Below, piece after piece: positions 24,405-33,354 of a DNA stretch of 64,000 bases; the stretch's first letter is position 1, and every line of letters starts with the position of its first letter. The notes beneath the pieces are model-generated. The model made no database searches and was not told the DNA's origin. It worked only from the letters and a program-made list of their open reading frames with translations. Origin of the DNA: Fistulifera solaris (taxonomy: Eukaryota). The DNA lies in assembly GCA_030295235.1 (NCBI GenBank), contig AP026164.1:1612001-1676000 (forward strand). The letters are read 5' to 3'. The position numbers were made by a program, and so were the translations under genes.

Positions 24405-26728
24405 TTAAAAGTGAACCGACTTTCGAGAAAAAAGGGCTTTGATGCCGCGCCTCTTTGGAACTCTCAGATTGTTGGCTTCCTGAGTATTGGGCAATTCAAG
24501 CTTCGGATGGGCGGGCCTTTCCTTGGCAGATTCTTGATACACCGGATGACCGATGGGGCATTCCATCCATCGGTGTTCTTCCTCCGTCAATGAATTGGAA
24601 ATGACCTCAAGTTCATCCAGGATTCGGTCAAACGAAGGACGGCGATCGGGATCTCTCGTCCAACACTTTCCGATGAACGAACTAATAGAATCAGGGACGC
24701 CAGATGGGAATGGTGGACGTGCATCATTCATGGCGACGGCAGCGGCCGCTTCAATTTGCGACATGTTCGCAAACGGTGATTCACGCGACAGAAGCTGCCA
24801 AAACAGTATAGCGGAGGAGTAAACGTCAGCCGTTTGTGAATACGTTTCATGTCGAATCACTTCCGGAGGCATCCATCGATAGGTACCGGTTTCGGCGGTT
24901 GGATCCTGGTCACCTGCGTTGTTCGACTCGGTAGCAACACCAAAATCCGTTATCTTGACCGAAAAATTTCCCGATGAAACCACTCCATCGAGAAGAATAT
25001 TCCCGGGCTTGATGTCTCTATGAATGATACCTTTGTTGTGCAAATAGCTCATACCTTTTGAGATGCTGGATGCCACATGAAAGAAAAAAGTTACGGGGCG
25101 TGCATTTCTGCAGTGCGACGGACAAATCGCCGGCATCGCAGTATTCCAAAACAAGACAAAACGTTAACGGACTCGGATGGTACACCGAGCCTAGCAGACG
25201 AATGATGTTAGGATGATGCAATTTTTGCAGTGCCTGGACTTCTTTCCGCCAGCCATCGAGGCCCATTTCTGTGATGGAAGCGACTTTCACTGCCACATCG
25301 AGGCCACTCCATCTAGCTAGATACGTGGTTCCTGCTGCGCCTTGTCCTATGCGTTTCTTGAATTGAACTTCATAAAGATTGATTTCCCATTCTTTCGATG
25401 CTGGTGCTTTTGAAATTTCCTGTAACAATCCGTCAACTCCTTTCGCGATATTTTCGACCTCAATCTTTACTCCGTTCTGACGCATTGCTTTCGTCGATTT
25501 ATCGTCAGGTACTTCACCCGAGAGGACACTCAGTAATCGCCCCTTCACTTCTTCAGGAGATAGACTTTCTATGACACCCTTCAACTTTGCATGCGAGATT
25601 ACATTGAAAGCGAGGTCAAGCACGTTGTTAATTCTGGACGAGTTCCCAATGCTGTTCTTCACTGCGGTAGAATCGACGTCAGAAAGCACCGTGCAGTGTT
25701 CTATCTCTTCCACCAAAAGCAATTCCATCGAATGTAGCTTATTCACATAGAGTGATGTGAGATTCCACAACTTGTTTTCATTGTATTGTGATCTTAATTG
25801 CCCAAGTTCCAAGCCATTCAGAATCGCGCGTTGCAATTGTTGCATTTGCGGCGGCATTGTGATAACTTCTCGCACCAAATCGTGTAGCGTCCCTTCGGGT
25901 AGTTGATTCAGTTCTTCTTGTTGACTGCGCTGATTCTCCGCGGTCAAGACCAAGTCATTCATCAACATTCGCGACTCGGTATCCTCGGCGGCTAAAATGG
26001 AAGACAGAGTAGCACGTTCCACTCCTGCGGCTTCTTTCAGTCGTACAAATACATCGAGCAAGTTGACTAGCTGCAATATGTTGCTTTCCTGCGTTTCTTC
26101 GACGACGGGTGTTGTTGACGGGACATCATTCCTACGGTGGCCGAACAAGCCTTGCAGCCGAACATCCTCCTGAAACACCAAATCGACGAAGCGATCCTGG
26201 TGGATCGCATCAAACGATAAAGACCGAACACGTGTCGGTCGGCGATTTCCCAAACAGCCATTTCGTTCGGAGTCGTCTGCGTTAGATTCGCCAAATGCTG
26301 ATAGGATGACACGCGCGATCCGAAGCTGTCTTTCTTTGCAACGACTTGAATGACGATTTGGTTTTTTTATGCAATGAACGTTGAAAAGAGGTGAATTTGA
26401 GAATATACTCGTGATGAACGTATTGAATCAGTGTATTGTAACTGAGTAGCAATTTGTGAAATCCACACGTCGATGGCAGAGCCTCCAAAGGCAAGGTGCT
26501 ACGAATTTTCCCCAATACATGCGATGCCGTCGGATCCAGATTGTCTTTCAATCGTAAAATGGCTTGATCGGTGTCTCTCCGAGCGGGTACGAGCACGGAT
26601 AGCTTACGGGTAGGATGAGCCCGAAAGGCACAGGACGCCCCGCGTTCTTTCTGCAAGCAATAGACCAACCGCAAGATTTTCCGTAGAACGACCGAATCAA
26701 TCGCTGAAGTCTCGTTGCTTTCTTTCAT
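24405..26728 (-). CDS. NIT-domain (nitrate/nitrite-sensing) plus TKL/STY-like protein kinase, about 773 aa after correcting two homopolymer indels (26362-26368 and 25084-25089)
   Basis: N-terminal VYCLQKERGAS and RLKEAAGVERA match the two NIT signature helices. The C-terminal kinase has GQGAAG, VAVK, HRDIKPGN, DFG and TAETGTYRWMPPE. Removing one base from each run gives one open frame. Confidence 0.8.
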
Positions 26729-26857
26729 TTTAGAGGAGTAAAGAAGTTTGTGAAAGGATTACCAGAATTTATCGGCAGGAATGATTTGATTTTCGCACCT
26801 TTAACAATATAATTTTAACAAAACAAATAAACGCTTTTTCATTCCGACGGCCGGCAG

Positions 26858-27276
26858 TGTTGTGATTTCACCCCGAACTTGACGTCCGTATGGTATTTAA
26901 CCCTACGATGCTATTCAGTCCAGTTCAAGTCAAATGGAATCGGAAGACAGTAATTTGTTCTCAAACAGTCTATCTTTACTTTTTACGTCAACAGGATTCA
27001 TCCGAATTAATGCGGCGACCAGAGTCGGCATTGCCTTCGGCTGAATCTGTCTTTCGAGCTTTCCCAGCCACCAGATCTGCCCAAGTTACACACGTGGCCG
27101 GTTTAGTCCTTACCTGACTACTAAATGCACTTACTTGCTTACTAGCTTTCTTCTTTGTAGACTCGCTACCTCCACGCTGAAACTCTTTACCAGCTCCGTT
27201 GTCGTTAGAGATAGATGTGACGTCATACTGCGCGGGATTCAGCCCATCCGGGAGTCGCTCGAAATAATCTCCAACA
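26858..27276 (-). repeat. 3' LTR (419 bp)
   Basis: Identical by eye to 32722-33140. Preceded on the element strand by a purine-rich PPT-like GAGGAGCG (27277-27284). Confidence 0.95.
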
Positions 27277-30200
27277 CGCTCCTCGACTTCGAGGGGCGGG
27301 ATCTCGTGCAGCGAATCGACATGATTGTACCCTAAAATGACATCGCGGAACTTACGGAACAAACTCCCATTTAATGGCTTGGTGAAGAAGTCGGCCAGCA
27401 TTACTAAGGTTGGACAGTGACGAATAGACACGTCCAAGTCCCGGGTTCTATCCTTGATCCAAAAATACCTGATATCGATGTGTCTAGACTTCTGACCAGC
27501 CGACAGTCGCCCGTTCTTTTCCATTCTAATTGCACTCTCATTGTCCTGTTCAAAGATCACTTCAGTCATCTTGTGTCCCTGCGCTTCCATGAACAATTTA
27601 ACCCAAACTGTATGCGGTAAATAATCGCTCGCTCCTACCAATTCCGCCTCAGTCGAACTCCTGGTATTTAACTTCTGCTTTGTTGACTTGCAGACTAACC
27701 CACCTCGACCAAACGACGTTATCCCTCCAGTATGGCTCTTCATGTCGGGATGCACAGCAAAAGCAGCGTCGACCCAAGAGCGCATTTTGTTTAAACTGTC
27801 GGCTCCCATCGTATACGTCAATTCCAGCGTCCCTTTCACGTATTCTAGCACCCGCTTGAGTTTATTCTGGTCCTGCTTTGTACTTTTTGTGACTCGGGTG
27901 CACAGGAAAGACACTGGTAATAAAATATCCATCCTCGCTCTCACTGCTATGTAAAGTAGTTTGGCTACCACGCTCCGGAAAACATCGAATTCATCTCCTT
28001 CCAGGGCCGGCGACGCCTCGTCTATGTCAAACAAATTACTTTTCGCAGGAGTTGTTGCTTCCTGCGTGATCCCAAGTTTCGACTCGTCAATGCTCTCTTG
28101 CAAATAGTCCCTCATTTGTACCACCACGGTGTTGTTCGTTTGGAACTCGATGTCCATTCCCAAAAACTTATGTTTCATCCCTCTCGTGACAGACATTTTT
28201 CCAAATCTACCTTCAATGTCCTCAATTACTGTTGTTACAACGTTGGGATCAACATGGGAGACCTTCATATCATCGACATACCAAGCAATTGTGCATTGCT
28301 TTCCATTGATCGTTTTGTTGGCAACGCAGGTGTCATAGGGATTGAGTTCAAAGCCCATGTCCTGGAGCGCGCCGGCAAACATTTCGTACCATAGTAAAGC
28401 ACTACATACACATCCATATAGAGCCTTCCGTAGCTGGACGTACAACACTCTTTTCCCCCCTTCGACAGCAACGAAAGCTTCATACTTCGGATTCATTTTG
28501 CACATGATGTCGACCGACTCTCCGGTGAATTTTAACAAAGTGAAATCCTTCATGTTTGCTTTCAGATACGCACCCACAACATCCGCTATCGCTACGTCCC
28601 GTCCTTCATGAGCGTCAACAATCAACGACAGCAAAGCGAATCCGTCGACACGGTGGGTGACGCCGTTTGCGATTTTTCGTATAAGTTCTTTTGCACGCTG
28701 CCATCGGCTACAGTGCGACCTTTGATGCGGCCATCTCTTTTCTTTGTTACCAGGTTAATGGCTCGTAGCGCTTCTTTCTTTTGCTGTCGGGTCAAAGATT
28801 GTGCCTGCATCGCCATGAACACATCGAGGTCGTCGAGTTGCGCAAACTCTTGCATGAGTGCCTGTATTGCGTCATCTCCGTACAATTTGATGGCAGCTTT
28901 GGCAGTCAGTTGAGCGAACACTCTTCCGAAAATGATCTTCTGCAGTTGTTTCATGTTCATCTTCCCTTGGTCGGTGGCCGTGTTCAAAACCGCCTGCACG
29001 AGAACTGTTTGCAACAGCACCTTTGGCGTTTCGTACGCCTTCGTGCTGTGTGGTTCATCCATCGCTTCGGCAAGTCTTGTGGGTGCCCGAATGTGGTTTC
29101 TGTCTCTGAGTTGGTATCGCGATTCAGTTCCTTGATTGGTATAAAAATCGGCCTCTGGTTCCTTTTCCTCATTTTCGGCCGCTCCTTCGTGTTCATCGAG
29201 TAGTTCGGTTGCTTCAATCAAAACTTCCGGCGCTCCTTGGTCTTCAACGAATGTGTTGGTGTTCTCTTCCGTGTCATCCGACGCTCCTTCTTCTTCATCA
29301 ATTTCGTTGTGTACTGTAAAGTCGGTTTCATTTGCTGCATCGTCGATCAGATTGTCGCCGTGTTGGACGGCTTGATCTTGGTCTTGAAAGTCGGCTTGAT
29401 CTTGGTCTTGAAAGTCGGCTTGATCTTGGTCTTGAAAGTCTTCGTCTGGGTCTTGGGATTCGGTTTGAAATCCGTCGTTGTCTTGGTCTTGCAGATCTGT
29501 GTCTGTGTCTTGAAGATTGTCGTTATGCTGATCTGCGTCTGTGTCTTGAATGTCGTCTTGAATGTCAAACTTCGCTCCTTGATCCGTGTTTGGAAGCAAA
29601 AACGGATCATCGACTTCATCGGGAAATGGAAGATAGACTTGCTCTGGGTCGCCCCACTCAACAATCAACCCAGTCGTCTGAATGAGAGGTTGATTGTCGG
29701 CCTGTGCCAGACGATCCATTTGGGTAAGAACCGAATCGTGAATGTGACAAAGGGTCCATTGGTGACGAACGATGACCTCTCCGGATGCAAGAGAGAGGAA
29801 ATAGTATGCGCCTCCGTGATTTCCTGTAGAACAGAGAGCAATGGCGCCCGTGTGTGCGTGATCGGGGAGTGTTGCTAGGTGTCGGTGCGTCAAAAACCTG
29901 TGCCGTATGAACCGAATTCGATACGTAGCTTGTTGTAGTCCGGAGGCGGTGATCCCGTCATGATGGTTTCGGGTGATAGGTCGTCCGATACTCCATACTT
30001 CCACGGGAAAACGTTGAGCCAGTGCACCACATTCATCATGAGGTGCTGAACAAAACGCAATGGGTAAGCGCGTGTAGGGCAGGCCATGGATAGTCGTGCG
30101 TGCCCGCTCCTTGATGGTCCTATTGGAGCGCTCAATTTCCGGTAATGCGCGTGTTGGGCGACAATATCCAAGCGGACAGGGCCTATGTCGTCCCGCAGGC

Positions 30201-32322
30201 AGGCAAACTTCGTTGTCGCCGTGGATAGCTGTCACTGGGAGTCCACGGCTTTTGTAAATCTCAAAGAGTCGGACGAAACTCCTTGAGCATGGTGGCCTTT
30301 TGTCTGTTTGGGACGGGGGCGATGGTGCGCCATCCAATAGCGCGAGAAATCGTCGTTATAAAAGGTATTTTGTTCACGAAAACGAAATCGACTGCGAGCG
30401 TAACATGGTTGTGGTGCAATAAGATGGATCGCGGCACCGGAATCGCTGTAAGTGTGGGAACATGCTCCGGTGGCGGTCCTGCTGTGGTAGTGCCTTTTAA
30501 ATGGGGAATATCTGGCCCGTGATATGGCAATGGCTCGCCGAGCATCGTCAACCGTCACGGGACAGTTGTGGACGCGGTTTTTGCGCAACCAAGCTTCAAA
30601 TGCCCTCATGCCGGGTCGTCCGACAATCCGATATAACCTGCAGCGCCTCGTCGGCTTGCTGCACTTGGCGTGGTCGTAAATAGTTTTTATTTGCTTCTAC
30701 AGTTGTTACTAGGGTACACGGCGTGTAGGCTTAACAGTGTTGCTATTGTTAGGCTTGAAAACATATAAACCAGACTCCTGTTCGATGAATTTCATTGTCG
30801 AACCATCTTTGCGATGTACCAACAGAGCTAGTTCTTCTTCAGTATCTAGGGTGACACGACACACCTTGTTGACATCTTTCATTGAGAGGATATTTGCAAT
30901 CGACTCGGGGTTAAACCACACCGTTCCTAGGTTGGGAAACTTCGCCAACCATGTATGAGTCCTGATAACCCCCATTCGTCACCGGCCGTAGTACTTCATC
31001 ACTTTTGCGGATGTTGTAAAGATACTGGGGGTTGTTAAACACCGACACGGTCGATTGTGTGTCAAGTAGAATCCATTCATTGCTGATACAATGGTCACAA
31101 TTTCGACTTCGCCTGTGTTAGAACGTAAGCATGTTGCAAAAGAGTTGTTCCGCGGTTGTTTGGAAGGGTGCAGTTGCCTGCATAGTGTCCATACAAATTG
31201 CAGTTGTAGCAAAGTACGTCAGGGAAGACTCTGCCATCATTCCCGGTGACTACACCGTCACTGGTCTGGGCCTGGGTAAACGTAAAATTTCCTACGGTCG
31301 TTGCCTCCGCCTTCGGTCCTTGTTCCCGCGTCAGGTGTGCTGCGCGATGTTGCTGTTGTGCGGGAGGCGTTCTTTGGTACTTCATAAAGGTTCACCAGAG
31401 CAAAGGCCGTAGCCAAATCCGTCGGGTAATGATCATTTCCCTTGACATAGTCGTTCTTTAGTTCTCCGATAAAGCGTGCCGTATCTTGTTTTGTCGAGAC
31501 CTTGAATGAACACCGTTCGCGAGGGTGTATTCCAGGGCACCTTGTGCGCGAGCGTCCTCATCCCCGAGTGACTCTGGGACGTTTGTCCAATTTCCGCTTA
31601 AGTTTCCTCCACAGTGCTTCACAACGTCAGCCCAGGCCTTGAGCCTGTTCATGAAATCTTCCGGCGTTTCGTTCGCAGCTTGCTGACACGCAAAGAAGTT
31701 TTTCTTCGCTTCGATCTCGGAGACCATTGGGTTCTTCTTGTTGTCGTAGTTCATCGTTACTGCCTTGAGCTGTTGTAGCAACCACCACGCAGTCATGGGC
31801 GTCGAAGCGTTCTTCAAAACCTTCGACAGACTTTACTTTCGTTTGCATCGCCGGGCTGGTTTGCTCCCAAATCAAGTTGTGGAAAGCCACCAGGTTTGCT
31901 TGGAGTTCTCTTCTTGTTTTCGCGAATATCTTCAATTCTTCGTTCCGAATGGTAATGTCGCCGGCTGGAGCGCCTTCGGGGAGTGGCGCTGGCCTCTCGA
32001 CCACCGGTTGATTCATCGGGTCGGCAAATAAGCCGACATTTGCATGTACGTATCTTTGTAGTTTTCTTTCGCCACTGCCTGCAGCTTCGTCATGGTCTTA
32101 CTGTATTGTGTTCGGTCGTTGGCCTCTTCGGGCAACTCAAAAACATGGCCACCCATCGCCGTACTCGCTCCTCGGAACTTTGCTTTCTTCGCTTGACCTT
32201 GTCCTTTATGGTTCCGTCCTCCGTTGCCTCTTCCTCCGCGTCCGCCAGCGGCCCCCTCCGCGACCTCGTCCGGGGGTTCGGCTATCTGGTGCGCTTGCGG
32301 CATCAGGCACGGGCGAGGACAT
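26988..32322 (-). CDS. Copia gag-pol polyprotein, fragmented by many frameshifts; its stop lies inside the 3' LTR
   Basis: ORF fragments 32013-32303, 31627-32016, 31458-31817, 31095-31385, 30709-30975, 30232-30609, 28622-30337 and 26988-28634 tile gag to RNase H. The likely start is MSSPVPDAAS at 32322. Confidence 0.8.
29368..29440 (+). repeat. 3 x 24-bp tandem repeat encoding DFQDQDQA in the integrase-RT linker
   Basis: cggcttgatcttggtcttgaaagt occurs three times. Confidence 0.9.
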
Positions 32323-32331
32323 CTTGTTTGC

Positions 32332-32680
32332 CTAGGGTTCGTCTCGTCTCAGATGTTTTCGAAGTCTCCAGGTGTGGGTTCCGTTGTCTGTGATCACGTG
32401 TATTTTTTCGTTGTTGCTTTCGTCTACGTGATCCACCGTGGCTCTTCGCTCCTTTTCTGTTGTCCACGTCTCGCTTGCGTTGGCCGGACGCCCTGATCTT
32501 GTTTGTGATCCGGACTCGATCCGTCGGTCTGAGGCGACGATCTTCCTGACTTTGGTTGCGTTGCTGGGACCCGTCCAATTTGCTCAGAAGCGCGCTTTCC
32601 TCTTGATCAAGCTTCTTTCTGGTGATGTGGATCGTTTTGATTCGCTCAATGATGCCTTGGATCTCGTCAGGAGTTGTCAT
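32332..32680 (-). CDS. Small accessory ORF upstream of gag (coiled coil plus KOW/SH3-like beta domain; one apparent frameshift)
   Basis: MTTPDEIQGIIERIK...DRVRITNKIR continues in another frame as ERRATVDHVD..KIHVITDNGTHTWRLRKHL and ends at TAG 32332. Confidence 0.55.
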
Positions 32681-32721
32681 CCGCTGTCAGGGTCGTAAAA
32701 GTGCTTTTAATTCGGGATGAA

Positions 32722-33140
32722 TGTTGTGATTTCACCCCGAACTTGACGTCCGTATGGTATTTAACCCTACGATGCTATTCAGTCCAGTTCAAGTCAAATG
32801 GAATCGGAAGACAGTAATTTGTTCTCAAACAGTCTATCTTTACTTTTTACGTCAACAGGATTCATCCGAATTAATGCGGCGACCAGAGTCGGCATTGCCT
32901 TCGGCTGAATCTGTCTTTCGAGCTTTCCCAGCCACCAGATCTGCCCAAGTTACACACGTGGCCGGTTTAGTCCTTACCTGACTACTAAATGCACTTACTT
33001 GCTTACTAGCTTTCTTCTTTGTAGACTCGCTACCTCCACGCTGAAACTCTTTACCAGCTCCGTTGTCGTTAGAGATAGATGTGACGTCATACTGCGCGGG
33101 ATTCAGCCCATCCGGGAGTCGCTCGAAATAATCTCCAACA
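32722..33140 (-). repeat. 5' LTR (419 bp)
   Basis: Direct repeat of 26858-27276, upstream of gag on the minus strand. Confidence 0.95.
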
Positions 33141-33199
33141 GGCAGCGCTGATGGAATGAAATCTTCGTAACTACTTTATGGTCGGGGTTTAAATAACAA

Positions 33200-33207
33200 T
33201 GACGTCA
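33200..33207. promoter_or_regulatory. TGACGTCA palindrome (bZIP/CRE-type site) upstream of pyruvate kinase
   Basis: Perfect palindrome about 150 bp upstream of ATG 33355. Function is inferred only. Confidence 0.35.
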
Positions 33208-33354
33208 CCTAGATCCTGATTGGCTTATTTTTTGGATAACGGTATTGAATCTTCGCTTTCATCACACGTTTCGCGGCAACGCGCAAAAACCAATCAATCA
33301 TTTCCATTGAATGCTTTGCATTATTATTTACATTCGATTTCGATACGGAAGACT

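Larger units (their letters stand above)
26858..33140 (-). mobile_element. Full-length Ty1/Copia LTR retrotransposon (diatom CoDi-like), 6283 bp, 5-bp target-site duplication GGCAG
   Basis: 419-bp direct repeats with TGTTG...CAACA ends. GGCAG at 26853-26857 and 33141-33145. Domain order gag, Zn knuckle (CYNCNLYGHYAGNC), protease (WILLDTQS), integrase (HGDNE, EIERSNRTIKER), RT (WYVDD), RNase H (DAAF, EQDN, ADFFTK). Confidence 0.97.

Noticed and set aside
26890..27117. Identical 75-aa plus-strand ORFs at 26890 and 32754
   Set aside because: They are the two LTR copies read antisense; no evidence of coding function.
29368..29440. 24-bp repeats as a CRISPR-like array
   Set aside because: The units are contiguous with no spacers, are in frame within pol, and lie in a eukaryotic genome.
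32301..32305. TGATG stop/start overlap between ORFs 32303-32680 and 32013-32303, suggesting termination-reinitiation
   Set aside because: Both ORF ends look like products of frameshift errors. More protein-like frames end the upstream ORF at 32332 and start gag at 32322.
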